DNA of 64,000 nt from an uncultured virus (IMG/VR IMGVR_UViG_3300032321_001470) (lineage: Duplodnaviria > Heunggongvirae > Uroviricota > Caudoviricetes), in the IMG/VR virus record IMGVR_UViG_3300032321_001470. One strand, 5' to 3'. A model generated the notes under the pieces. That model searched no databases. It saw only the letters and a list, made by a program, of their open reading frames with translations, and was not told the DNA's origin. Of this stretch, positions 37,101 to 44,349 are shown piece after piece. Position 1 is the first letter of the stretch; every line of letters starts with the position of its first letter. The position numbers were made by a program, and so were the translations under genes.

Positions 37101-39266
37101 GCGTGAGTATCTTTCAAACGTATTTGGCCTTAGTGCCGACGGGTCCACGCCCAAGTGTTTTGCAATAAGGAATCTTTCTACTTCTTGAAACTGATGCATT
37201 GAAGCAGCAAAGGGAACAATCATTTCGCCTCGGGTCCTTGGGTCTGCGGAGGCGTAGGTTTTCTGGGCATGGGCAATGTAGCCCATAACTAGTTTTACAA
37301 AACTATCATGGGCCGGACTTACTCCCTTGGCCCCCTTTTCATTTAGCACCCCTTGGATTGAGGATTTTAGCTCCTTTTTTGCTGCTGCTAATAGCCCCCT
37401 TGTTCCACCGAAGAGAGCCTTAAGCTGATCCTTTGTTTCTTTTTCAAGCTTTGCGGAAAGATCTGCCCCCGTAAGTAAGGCGGTAAAATCATCTTTTTTT
37501 ACTTCATAAATTGATCCGGGCTCATAAAGCTTAGCTACTAATGTGTTAAAAACCTGGTTGCCAACTTTTCCTTCTCTTACTATCTTTCTGGCTTCCTCTT
37601 CTATGGCGCTCAATGCCTGCGTAGACAGCTGCGTAGAGCCCGTCTGCCGATTGGTCGCCAAAGAAACTTTAGATTCTATTTTTTTCGAAAGAGTTTTAGA
37701 AACGCCAACAATTAATCCAAGGTTTTTAAGCTCCTTCTTTTGCTTTTGCGTAAGGCCATCAATCTCAGATAGCCTTGTAAAAACACCAGTAATTCGATTA
37801 ATTTCTGACTGAATTCTTAATGAATCAGCAACAAGCTCTTCTCTTTTTTCTCCTTTGTATATATTAAATCCGCTGGCGGGATCTGTTTGCTTTAATTTTG
37901 CAATAATATCGTCAAGTCTTCTAAGAAGGTTTTTTTCTAGGTGATCTTTCAGTGTTGTTTTTCCAAGCTTAAGTTCTTTACGAAGATCTTTTGCAACAAC
38001 CACTTCAACAGCCGCGAGTTCTTGCGCCCTTGCAACTTTAGCCTGCTTATCAGCACGATTTCTTTGTGCGGTGACCTTCTTTAACTGCCTTGCCGCTTTT
38101 GCGTCATCTTTTTGCTGAAGATCTCCTTGCGTTTCCTTGGCAATTTTTTTAATTTCTGAAACCTTAATGCCGGTCATTGTCGAGAATAGGCGCTCAAAGA
38201 GTCCTGTCGAATCGCTATAAGTTTCTAGCAGCGCAGAAAGATCAAATCCTCCGTCTTTTCCGGGCTTAACAACGATTTGATTTGTAGCCCCAGAAAGATT
38301 TCTGCTAAGAACTCTTAGAATCCCTTTATCTATTTCTCCCGCATCTATTGCCGACTGAAGTCTTTCAAGTGGAGTTCCCCTTGGGGTGTCTCGAATTGCC
38401 CTAACAACAGATGACCAGTCCCCAGTAAAGCCTGCAATATCTTTTCTTGGTCTACCTTTATCATCATAAAAAAGCAAGCCCATCAAAAACGATGCGGTTT
38501 GCGGATCTTTAAGACTGATTTCTTGAATATACCTTGCGGTACCGGTTACTCTTCCGCCGCTTTTTTCCTTCTTAGTCGGAAAACCTAGCTTGCCAAGTGC
38601 CGATTGAATTTCTTTTATTTTTTCAGTTTCTTCAGCATACCTTGTTGGGTTTTCTCTTTTATTAACCGTTCTTGTGATGACGCTTTTTCTTGCTTGAGAT
38701 GCAACAAACTGCATAACAAGGTCTTTGACAACAACTTTATATGGTTCCCCGCCTTTGACCTTGCTCTCTTCTAGCGTAAGTTGCCCGCGAAGTGTTCCCT
38801 TTTTTGCTTGTCCCTTAATGAAACGATCAATTGCTGCGGAGCTCTTTCTGTAACCCATTGCGCTTAGGGTTTTAATAAACTCGTCTCTAAGCCCCTTAAC
38901 CTCATCATCGCTAAGTTTTGTTGGGGAAGCAGTTACCCTACGCGCAGAGCCGCTAACGACCCTGAGCATCTGATCAACTGTGCCTTTTGAATAAACATCG
39001 CCCTGTTCTTTGATTGCGGCGGAAAGATGTGGCTGGATTCTTGCGTCTTGATAGATTCTCTTAATGGCTGCTTCTATGCCGGAGACATCTACCCTTTTGC
39101 CCTCGTCAATATCGTTCTCAATTGCAAATGTATCAACGCCAAATTTTGATTTTATGTATGCCCGAGCGGACTCTGGGTTTCTTGCAAGGCCAGCGTCTTC
39201 TACCGCAATAACGACAGATTCGACTAATCCGAGAAGGACGTTTTCTTCAACAAAACCTTTGGCCAT
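28140..39266 (-). CDS. Giant tape measure protein (3708 aa)
   Basis: FANVTPF...AIGDAVAALG...YALGQMRQAGRV...QLANAGI tape-measure domain; C-terminal ASGG...VGETGRE; lies after the tail chaperones. Confidence 0.9.
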   Translation of the reverse strand: MAKGFVEENVLLGLVESVVIAVEDAGLARNPESARAYIKSKFGVDTFAIENDIDEGKRVDVSGIEAAIKRIYQDARIQPHLSAAIKEQGDVYSKGTVDQMLRVVSGSARRVTASPTKLSDDEVKGLRDEFIKTLSAMGYRKSSAAIDRFIKGQAKKGTLRGQLTLEESKVKGGEPYKVVVKDLVMQFVASQARKSVITRTVNKRENPTRYAEETEKIKEIQSALGKLGFPTKKEKSGGRVTGTARYIQEISLKDPQTASFLMGLLFYDDKGRPRKDIAGFTGDWSSVVRAIRDTPRGTPLERLQSAIDAGEIDKGILRVLSRNLSGATNQIVVKPGKDGGFDLSALLETYSDSTGLFERLFSTMTGIKVSEIKKIAKETQGDLQQKDDAKAARQLKKVTAQRNRADKQAKVARAQELAAVEVVVAKDLRKELKLGKTTLKDHLEKNLLRRLDDIIAKLKQTDPASGFNIYKGEKREELVADSLRIQSEINRITGVFTRLSEIDGLTQKQKKELKNLGLIVGVSKTLSKKIESKVSLATNRQTGSTQLSTQALSAIEEEARKIVREGKVGNQVFNTLVAKLYEPGSIYEVKKDDFTALLTGADLSAKLEKETKDQLKALFGGTRGLLAAAKKELKSSIQGVLNEKGAKGVSPAHDSFVKLVMGYIAHAQKTYASADPRTRGEMIVPFAASMHQFQEVERFLIAKHLGVDPSALRPNTFERYSRILLISAPFMDSKTGSLKKEKMITLRGRITGVPDAHSGQAYTEFSFLSQLLSGTIKDVSLSGKADFFRTVVGLADIAEQEDEVRKLTNQAAAALEAGKTKKAEEKTSREKEALEAIRKILAGDRAAFTDPAEMLKLVSYISSARGGKLTATNFIQSLLQKASDQGNLNASKADLSKLAGLFKMGADGQIVGPGTKALVGAGGLPLAKLADDLRKALDPKAGDTSDIGKALGETLRTSFLKGGELFKKVATKGLEKDLTKAADETGKKLEAAQAARAKREERAAAGPRTTSARGKLGELTKNEAGEFVDAKGRPLGFKGKGFANQGTPKQGEKALGEYLVNQGLTAKPGDLVMKPGEGRGSKPIIDLEKTKFVSEAAKEIARIVQDVRAKAMKIDPATGAKVTSQVADSLAGLLKGPSKGGVGSSGPIGKALASAIDEAMADPTVKRTFTRGGVKMEQTAPEFVKERQDIAAEKGKKLTPAALRKRFLKDFKGTAATAVAARLGVDVAPGVDPAKAIAENLAAGKASKEQAAQEKNQAKEVAKRIRALRREVRFRQGALADQTKVGGELAKDQPGVATTAAIRSKLAMQRVRSMPLHERRAAYAQMGLGGAPARAAGGAPQGQAFTGQGMQFVPGATIAIPQVDIGPLKELASQMSEVGKMLALIPKATIPKGMSASLKEIASLMQVLATVKTPPKGANVSAFKKLIQDLNSLAASFGGKAPNTKNVGNIIAALKSVNKILDALSAINTKTPAKTLLANMQEFKKSLSFIPKMFSALGNMDFAAISNVGATIASTKFPSQQRLAGINEALLMIKQILETANGMKGGRMPTITGGGMVGGGGALGRVRSRVYARQEALAQRVQGPGFGRYGRNDRFGSRSIDAVRAMPLQQRLNYYDQIREEAAAGGGRRPPRERPVRTGGGGGGNRFGGRDRGYNAPAGQFGVPRQIGGPMGPQISTGGVQKFANDSMGILGNLAQQIRFGFTQEITREIAQSFGRILAHLKDGIIKFNSTLETATVAFQTLFENEQKAQGMEVNFEKAKVEAEGLVEAIKKFANVTPFRFPQLAESARRMRAFGFETAEIMPNMQAIGDAVAALGGEDDKIFRITYALGQMRQAGRVYQNDMMQLANAGIAGYDILSKALLQDFVKMGDLSINHNGKVIDDSTIQTEKGYNELVTAINAATQDATRSQVTIAKSSSSEIAAIFKRVAEDPIEAIRDLTQSGQIAGGAASSAIIEGLGQEYGGGMKKLSKTFEGAFSTLADVTQAFVSDITRPVFNSIRDEMIDLGTFLQSMFVGRIVKNVAAGFEKIVGPVQEVIGSIYQAITAVLTGIIQLFGEFSGAFNLMDNGVIRFVNGIAEIRRTFEKTTGAGQEFIARIGSGIKVVADLLQFPLAKGLAAAAIGFKVLSVAWNMNPLLLGLTAITISLSYLKDILSSDEGSGFAKGISGIAASLTDLARSFKQKIMPLLSKIMEGIGSQFFVSLLATFGLMIPILQKLLALVNTLLELINSLPFVPDVLGLVAGFLLMKKMLGPLGQMMLGKPASLDARGNPIAATKGLIGTLESGINKITAKLLPYSTLVERAPSIVTQRGMPQVPVGTLGRPGAPTGFGAVAGNLQKVVVPAAEKKMLSSQMLKQLLASGAIRFDEYKLAMEARRAAMEAAANSGTGPGGISGLRRLAQTGGGRSAALKALGGGFTESPLGAIMKSEGLRDAFNRLLLVLRNLKALTFGVSKIKASSDAIKSLFKAISAGARAIPRSAVSAISKLMKSFVLASALKFNSTIFSIVPKVFVPFMDAVKATGVSGTGGDIVGSVRRAAAAGMNRAGRLSLAGAQVPFAMPKQGVTGGPIGYLVRAIRGLRPNRLPFEAPGKAAASVGQRVGPINRIIEAVVQRTATQVPVGTLGAPGGRSGFGAIAGAIEKVFLRFSGGAAPTAQGLPRAQVLGGSPSMYGVSIFKVIQERIKYLTGKVADTAGLYAARITTAFEKSFMAFHRMMIRLAGAPARIFTMQNFDKIITRYAEMMVKAFTPKTVPMAGFLAGGTKKAPTELFAGLKDAIARRVIPNTLVGAPGPTFTDKIFAGADKLAKVSERFAEMMVRGFAPKTVPIEKFLAGGTVRAPKELFAGLKDAIARIVIPDKFTQPISIFDRAVAFFKGAITRFGSFVGAIRTALAAAGGGIGGVVGRAAASVGGGALGLAAAFKGSRGVQALTAGLKTASSGIKSLVGKIGLLTLGFQGFTTAMTIQERMKSEKNNEGAIIAQEGAGFAGSVGGFFGAKALGARVGGGIGTFLGGSIGTMLGMMIGGAIASIVASFIFPNREVTPAEQDREGKLGAIDEYYSDQRMQGQEFFQLLQDFDFTPIELLDIGKMPEYHRSVENFFDLIKSGTNTIIPTMGESLDFALQGLGNEVFKPRDKKGTTFMAYLTDLTDQIRGKMAKFYQNQGKSPMEALILAQAELAMKIADMGQFKTLEDAMSAFAQLARGEGINPEAVDGYGLFIGNLNSGLEKLQSNLEKVRSEFQKLAGRLQSRINAVFEQQMAKALEKAKDAFLATQMVMVDGAETNILALREEIEATEKRNKLLAIEKRLREAARSVEMAKLGQYDASMDPLEAAARMRDAQEAQTEAVKEAALERKKIALEEAMASDPVVAGLEDVDERFEAARMKFQEGMEDILDLVEQGKLTGTQAAAKIKELYTTTLGEVGVLDANLDVDAKNFGDSFLNTWDTILKKFTAIVTKLKAAIAAVANYKPPANPPGISTDDGLDTAGLPNSESVLGGKAKDNYLGFGINFDKTLMSRLIEGRMKAIIQVLNLERDKNMAGQVYTDPDRQLGYATAINKTLNSLTSTGGELYKMTVAAKSSGNGQDSFTSNWKSWIKRTFTYMDTYSGKVLPLKQDHLARLASGGEVMGVGGMFQVGETGRETLQVVPGGVARIFPRRIRPINQIGMAGGSGGGINASVIINNPTVRSDQDIRKLADAVGKAQSSLLRSAGIGRI

Positions 39267-39551
39267 TTACTTCTTTTCCTCGGATCGCTTGCGGAGCGCT
39301 TCAATGCGCTCGTTCAGAAGCTTTTGCTTTGCTTCTGGGCTGCCAAACTGCATGACCAATGCTTCAAGAGAAGATTGCTTATCCGGTGCATCAAGGATCT
39401 TCTTTCCTGCGCCAGTCTTCGAGTGCGTTGAAGAAGACTTACTCTTCTTATCGCGCTCTTCCATGTAGCGCCCGAAAGAGGCGATCTGGGGAAGGGTCAT
39501 ATGCATGAAGTCCGTTGGCGTATATCCAAAGGCATCTGCATATGACCCCAT
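39267..39551 (-). CDS. Tail assembly chaperone, second ORF (gpT-like, reached by -1 frameshift)
   Basis: FGYTPTDFMHMTLPQI; open in the -1 frame from the slippery site at 39605. Confidence 0.8.
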   Translation of the reverse strand: MGSYADAFGYTPTDFMHMTLPQIASFGRYMEERDKKSKSSSTHSKTGAGKKILDAPDKQSSLEALVMQFGSPEAKQKLLNERIEALRKRSEEKK

Positions 39552-39580
39552 AATTACTCCCCAATCAATATCTGACCAAC

Positions 39581-39880
39581 TTACGCCGGATTTTGTGCTT
39601 TTCCCGCCTGTTCGCCCTCCTCAGGCTCTTCAGGCAAAAGTCCGCTGTCGCGAAGAACCTTCGTGACGGTGTCCTGCATGCTCTTGATGTCGAATCGATC
39701 GCCCACTTCCCGCTCGGAAACTTCTGGCTCGTTGCGCTTGATCGCAAGCCAAAGTACATAGCGGAGCACGTTAAACTTGTTAAAGTCGATCTTGTCGACC
39801 GAACCGTACTTCTCCTCAAGGTCCGCCAGGTCGTTGAGGTTAAGCGCCTTCTTAGGGCTAATTTCTACTAGATTTGCCAT
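39581..39880 (-). CDS. Tail assembly chaperone (gpG-like)
   Basis: Between the major tail gene and the tape measure gene; ends just after G-GGA-AAA. Confidence 0.8.
   Translation of the reverse strand: MANLVEISPKKALNLNDLADLEEKYGSVDKIDFNKFNVLRYVLWLAIKRNEPEVSEREVGDRFDIKSMQDTVTKVLRDSGLLPEEPEEGEQAGKAQNPA
39599..39605 (-). other. -1 ribosomal frameshift heptamer GGGAAAA
   Basis: X XXY YYZ in the correct phase; the -1 frame runs 16 codons into the ATG at 39551. Confidence 0.85.
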
Positions 39881-39964
39881 TTTTCCTTCTATCTCCCTAC
39901 ATTCCAATCACGGCAAGTCGCCGTGTGGATATCATAGCGCAACCAGCGCCATATGTATTTATAA

Positions 39965-39998
39965 AGCAGAAAACCCCCGAGGACAAGCCTCGGGGGTT
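39965..39998 (-). terminator. Intrinsic terminator after the major tail gene
   Basis: AACCCCCGAGG-N5-CCTCGGGGGTT followed by a U-rich tract on the minus strand. Confidence 0.75.
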
Positions 39999-40025
39999 CT
40001 GTGGACTCACTGGTCCAAAGCTGTT

Positions 40026-40583
40026 TTAGCTCTGGATTTCGACTCGAATGATCGCATCCGTGGTAAGGGTTGTGTCGACGATGGCATTGAAGTCAATGTC
40101 CGTCGTCGAGATGTCCTCACGCATGAACGGGAAGTTCAGAGCGGTTGAGAACGCCTTCCAAAGGTGAACGACAACCTTCTTATCTGGGTCGTCGGTTCGG
40201 GTGTGCACAAAGCGCACATACATGGCCGTTGGCTTGTCATCATACTCAGTCGTGAACACGTTATGTGTCGTGCTGATGATGTTGCTGTTGCCAGCGCCGG
40301 TGCTTACCGTTGTCTTCGCGACCGTGAAGAAGCGAGCAAGGTTCTCGAAGTTCAGCTCGACCGAACGGGCAGCTGCGGTGACGTTGCCACCGTAGTAGCC
40401 GCGGGCGATGACGAAGTTCGACTGGCCGCGGAATTCGGCTTCCTGGAACTCGATGTTCAGCTCAACATCGCCACCGACCTCACCAATGGTGTAAATCGTG
40501 GAATACGTTGCCGCGACATTTGCTGGGTCAACACCTGCGACCCATGGGGCGACCGAAAGGGTACCCGATCCTAGAGTTAGCAT
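40026..40583 (-). CDS. Major tail tube protein
   Basis: 185 aa; LGSG...IGEVGGDVEL; position before the chaperones. Confidence 0.8.
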   Translation of the reverse strand: MLTLGSGTLSVAPWVAGVDPANVAATYSTIYTIGEVGGDVELNIEFQEAEFRGQSNFVIARGYYGGNVTAAARSVELNFENLARFFTVAKTTVSTGAGNSNIISTTHNVFTTEYDDKPTAMYVRFVHTRTDDPDKKVVVHLWKAFSTALNFPFMREDISTTDIDFNAIVDTTLTTDAIIRVEIQS

Positions 40584-40595
40584 GCTATATACTCC

Positions 40596-40991
40596 TCAAA
40601 CTACTATCAATTTGTACCGAAGGCGCCTTCGATACTCCAATGTTGCCTCGTCGTATTCATCTCGTTCGGCAACTTTCTTAACGAAATGAACGGTTATACC
40701 CGACCCGAGAAAGTTCTTGGTGTTAATCAGAGCGTCAATGCGGTTTGAGATTTCGCTTAATTGCGGAGACCCAGTGGCCGAAACCACCAACAACTCCACC
40801 TCTGGGCGATTGATCCCAAAACCCGCGTCAGACGTTCCGCTCTCCACCGAAATCTTTATCGCTGGCAAGGCAGTCCGGACCGTTGCAGTGATCGGGTAAA
40901 TCTTCTTGTCGCCAGCAGTGCCGCTGAGCGAGGTCTGCAAGGTTGCATCCCCGCCAAGTTTACTGAATAGCGATTCATAGATTCCCTTCAC
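40596..40991 (-). CDS. Tail terminator/completion protein
   Basis: Size, KIYP...LPAI pattern and position. Confidence 0.7.
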   Translation of the reverse strand: MKGIYESLFSKLGGDATLQTSLSGTAGDKKIYPITATVRTALPAIKISVESGTSDAGFGINRPEVELLVVSATGSPQLSEISNRIDALINTKNFLGSGITVHFVKKVAERDEYDEATLEYRRRLRYKLIVV

Positions 40992-41041
40992 AAAGAGGAT
41001 AATACGCTATCTGACTCTATGGGCAAGGTGTGTAGATTCTA

Positions 41042-41479
41042 CTATTCGGCTTCTACCCTATTCCAGCCCATCGGATTTGCCTTCGGATGAAGCGGCTTAG
41101 GGCTAAATGGACGAAGCGGGCAGTCGCTAATTCGGCAAAAGCGGTCCCCCAGCGTACAGCCGTTGCACATCATTTCAATTGCTGACTGACGAGCCAGGAG
41201 CCCACTGTTGGACTCGGAAGAGATAATCTTTACCGCCCTAGCCTGAATGTCAACTTGAATCCCCGCCTTACGCACGGCGCTTGCTGGGATAGATCGCTCG
41301 CCGCGAAGCCAAGACCACACAGAGGACTTGCTGTACCCCAGCTCAGAGGACCAGAAATCAACAAATTCGCCAAGGCTCTTGCCCTCGCACTTTGTCTCGG
41401 TTAGGTACTGGAATTCCCTCCATGGACCACTTGGGGCTAGGCTCTTCCAGAACTTTGTCTCCCTTGCTACCTCGCTCAC
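41042..41479 (-). CDS. HTH protein with a C-terminal Cys cluster
   Basis: LGYSKSSVWSWLRGERSIP; CNGC...CRISDCPL. Confidence 0.65.
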   Translation of the reverse strand: MSEVARETKFWKSLAPSGPWREFQYLTETKCEGKSLGEFVDFWSSELGYSKSSVWSWLRGERSIPASAVRKAGIQVDIQARAVKIISSESNSGLLARQSAIEMMCNGCTLGDRFCRISDCPLRPFSPKPLHPKANPMGWNRVEAE

Positions 41480-41498
41480 TTTTTCTCCTTTTCCGGGG

Positions 41499-41951
41499 CT
41501 ATCTTTGGTTTAGCCCCCTAATCGCTGGGTCAAGCCTGCCGCCGTAATACTTACAGGTTCGGCATTCCCGATCACCATTCCTTCTCCAGTACGTGTTTTC
41601 CCACGTGTACTCGTGACCGTGCCTGCAATGGGTCGCCCGAAGCTTCCCGGCATCACCCCTGCGGGTGTTCATTCTCGGAGTCACGACCTCGAGATGTTCA
41701 AGGTTAACGCATTTGCGATTTCTACACAAGTGGTCCACCTGGAGGCCTTTTTGGATGGGGCCGTTTACGTGCTCGTAGTGCCACTTGTGGGCATTGATTT
41801 TCTTGCCGTGCTGGTCTTTGAACGCCCCATACCCAGACGGGTCCTTTGCGCCAGCCCACTCCCAGCAGCCATTTTCCGCCTTTGAGACATGGTTAATAAA
41901 CCGAACTAAAGGGTCGGTTTTAGGTCTGCCGCGCTTGGTAATCTGCTCCAT
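41499..41951 (-). CDS. HNH homing-type endonuclease
   Basis: GCWEWAG...GYG...VDHLCRNRKCVNLEHLE...N; THCRHGH...CRTC. Confidence 0.9.
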   Translation of the reverse strand: MEQITKRGRPKTDPLVRFINHVSKAENGCWEWAGAKDPSGYGAFKDQHGKKINAHKWHYEHVNGPIQKGLQVDHLCRNRKCVNLEHLEVVTPRMNTRRGDAGKLRATHCRHGHEYTWENTYWRRNGDRECRTCKYYGGRLDPAIRGLNQR

Positions 41952-41990
41952 ACAGGGAGCATACCATAACCTTAAAGAAAAGGTTCTTGA

Positions 41991-42188
41991 TTACTCTTCT
42001 TCGGCAGAGACGCGCAGGGGCATTGTGACAAACCAGGCAATAGTCAAGATAGCAAGGGTTGTTCCCACAAAGTTCCTTGTATCACCATCGGGCAGTACGA
42101 TCCACCCAACAAGAAGTCCAAATATTGTCCAAGATTGTCCAACTACGTCGTTGATTGCTTGAGTAAGAATGCTCTTCCACTTGCTCAC
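41991..42188 (-). CDS. Small two-TM membrane protein
   Basis: Hydrophobic 65-aa ORF coupled to the upstream gene. Confidence 0.65.
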   Translation of the reverse strand: MSKWKSILTQAINDVVGQSWTIFGLLVGWIVLPDGDTRNFVGTTLAILTIAWFVTMPLRVSAEEE

Positions 42189-43717
42189 TTCAGGTTTCTC
42201 CTCTGTCCACCTTTGGTGGACTTGCTATCTTGCGCCTTGGCCGGCGATGGCTTTGTTGCGTTTCGTGCCGACGACTTTCCACGCCCGCCTCCCGGGCGCT
42301 TCTTGGGACCATCACCGCCGCCGCTGAACCCACCGCCGCCGCTGCTTGATCTAATGGCAGCCGCAGATGCAGCGGCTTGAGCAATTACGGTCATGATGAC
42401 CGCTGGCCCAACAACCGTTCGTGCCTCTTTGCGCTCTTCCTCGGTAATCTCGTTACCAAGATTGGCAACAGCGTCAACAGCAGCGCTTACTGCCTCCCCA
42501 ACTGCTGCAACAGCCTCTCCCACGGCCTCCGTAACGGCCTCTACAGCAGCGCCCGGATCAATTGGTCCAGGTGTGTCAGTAGGTACAGGGCTGGGATCAA
42601 CAGAAGGGGCAGGAGAGTCCGTAGGGGTCTCTGTTGGCTCGGGCGACGGCTCGGGTGTGGCAGTCGGGTCCGGTGTCGGCTCATAGGTCACCTCTGGGCT
42701 TGGCGACGGCGTCGGAGTTGGTTCCGGCGTAGGCGTCGGGGTCGGCTCTATAGAAGGCTCTGGCGTAGGGGTAGGAGCCACGCTAGGGCTTGGTGTTGGC
42801 GGTTCTGGGGTTGGCTCTGGGGTCGGCGTTGGAGTTGGCTCAGGTGTAGGGCTTGGGGTTGGCGGTGGTGGGGCCGGAACAAACACGGAAACAGCTACTG
42901 AGGCTGGTGAGTAAACGCCTAGCGTGTCATTGTCAGCCCTGACCCAGAACGTATACGTCTGATCTAAGCCGCCAGTAATGATAAAGACGTCGTTGTTAAT
43001 GCCCATGTTGGTTTCGCCGGAAGCAGCGCCCCAGCCCACAAGATCCCCAGTGGTCCAGAACACCCCGTACCGCTCAATGTCGGTTCCGCTTGCCTCTGGG
43101 GCATTCCACGTGAGGTAGACGTTCCCATTGCTATAAACAGTAACCATTAAACCGGTTGGCGCGTTGAGGTATGGGTCTGGCACGGGCGTTGGGGTTGGCT
43201 CAGGAGTTGGCGTAGGTGTGAGGGTCGGTGTCGGCGTAGGCTCCGGGGTTGGAGTCCACGTAGCCGATGGAGTCCCTGGGGCCAATTCGGCCTCAAAGTT
43301 GCTAATCATGTAGTAATGATTGCCGTAAAACCTGTCAGCGGCAGGGTCACCGCAGCAAACTCCAGCTCGAATGCGATAATTTCCCGCTGGGACAGAAACA
43401 CGAATTGTTGAGGCCAAAGAATAGCCACCAGTATGGTCGGTGTAGGAATCGTCATTGGCCGCAACCAGGTTGCCATTGCTGTCATATAACCAGAGCATGG
43501 AGTCAACAATTCCGCCACACCAACCGCTATTGGTGTTGTCGCACAAATCAGTCCAAATGTGCAAAAGACTTTGCTCGGGAACAGTAATCCAAAAATCTTG
43601 TGTGCGGTCTACGTAATTGTTTTGCGACCCAAAAGCAGGCGAGGCAATAACGCTATAGGCAAACGTGGCGGCAATGAGCCAAATGGTTGCAAGAATTGCA
43701 ATAAGTTTTGTGCTCAT
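42185..43717 (-). CDS. Exported, membrane-anchored protein with beta-sandwich/FN3 domains and Pro-Thr linkers
   Basis: N-terminal signal-like segment, [11 protein letters not shown] domain, APTGL...LTWNAP...YTFWVRA (FN3), PT/PE repeats, hydrophobic then basic C-terminus. Confidence 0.8.
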   Translation of the reverse strand: MSTKLIAILATIWLIAATFAYSVIASPAFGSQNNYVDRTQDFWITVPEQSLLHIWTDLCDNTNSGWCGGIVDSMLWLYDSNGNLVAANDDSYTDHTGGYSLASTIRVSVPAGNYRIRAGVCCGDPAADRFYGNHYYMISNFEAELAPGTPSATWTPTPEPTPTPTLTPTPTPEPTPTPVPDPYLNAPTGLMVTVYSNGNVYLTWNAPEASGTDIERYGVFWTTGDLVGWGAASGETNMGINNDVFIITGGLDQTYTFWVRADNDTLGVYSPASVAVSVFVPAPPPPTPSPTPEPTPTPTPEPTPEPPTPSPSVAPTPTPEPSIEPTPTPTPEPTPTPSPSPEVTYEPTPDPTATPEPSPEPTETPTDSPAPSVDPSPVPTDTPGPIDPGAAVEAVTEAVGEAVAAVGEAVSAAVDAVANLGNEITEEERKEARTVVGPAVIMTVIAQAAASAAAIRSSSGGGGFSGGGDGPKKRPGGGRGKSSARNATKPSPAKAQDSKSTKGGQRRNLK

Positions 43718-43899
43718 TTTCCTTGCCCCGATAGCCACGCCATAAGGCCGCTAATTCCAGTCAAGCCAAGAATGCCAATAACAAACTTTGCCAGGCGATA
43801 TGCCCCGCGTGTTTCTGCCATCTCCACACGCATTGCGGAGATTTCTTCGTCAATCTTATCTAGTCGGGCAAGAATCTGGTTGATGTTGTTCGCAGTCAT
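43714..43899 (-). CDS. Small coiled-coil plus TM protein
   Basis: 61 aa with a C-terminal hydrophobic helix. Confidence 0.65.
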   Translation of the reverse strand: MTANNINQILARLDKIDEEISAMRVEMAETRGAYRLAKFVIGILGLTGISGLMAWLSGQGK

Positions 43900-43954
43900 A
43901 CCTCAACCTATGGTGTGGGTTTGGTTTTACACCCACACTATAAGTTGTGTGCAA

Positions 43955-44119
43955 CTACTTAGCAATGCCCTTTGTGTCTGCTTTTTGTTCGCCAAGAGAG
44001 CGAAGTTTTTCAAGTTCTTCTTGCAGCAATTTAACATTACCTTCGGCAATATCAAGCTGCACTGTCATTGCGCCAATCTTCCGCAGAAGATCGTCCATCG
44101 TTATTTGTCTGCTTTCCAT
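43955..44119 (-). CDS. 54-aa coiled-coil protein (not in ORF track)
   Basis: MESRQITMDDLLRKIGAMTVQLDIAEGNVKLLQEELEKL...; AGGAG RBS. Confidence 0.6.
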   Translation of the reverse strand: MESRQITMDDLLRKIGAMTVQLDIAEGNVKLLQEELEKLRSLGEQKADTKGIAK

Positions 44120-44124
44120 TTTAT

Positions 44125-44340
44125 TTATTCTCCTATTGTTGGGATTGGATCGGTAAAGACTCCGTCAATCAAAACCCAGCCAATTTGAGCCGGGTCTTCA
44201 GGCCCAATCTTATACCGGGCGGTTGATTGAAACAAGATAGCGTAGTCTCTGTCAAAGACTGCCAACTGCTCCTCAGTCAAATCTCCAACGATAATTTGTT
44301 TGCAAACATTATCTGCGTCTGTAAATGCGTATCGTGCCAT
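44125..44340 (-). CDS. Small tail-fibre-associated protein
   Basis: YAF...AQIGWVLIDGVFTDP pattern following the Gly-rich fibre genes. Confidence 0.65.
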   Translation of the reverse strand: MARYAFTDADNVCKQIIVGDLTEEQLAVFDRDYAILFQSTARYKIGPEDPAQIGWVLIDGVFTDPIPTIGE

Positions 44341-44349
44341 GTCTCTCTC

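Noticed and set aside
37299..38465. DDKGR (aa 268) and HDSF (aa 653) in the TMP N-terminus echo the T7-type RNAP DxxGR motif and motif C at similar spacing
   Set aside because: No motif A or RxxxKxxxxxxxYG motif B lies between them, and short matches are expected by chance in 3708 aa. Not called as an RNA polymerase without structural evidence.
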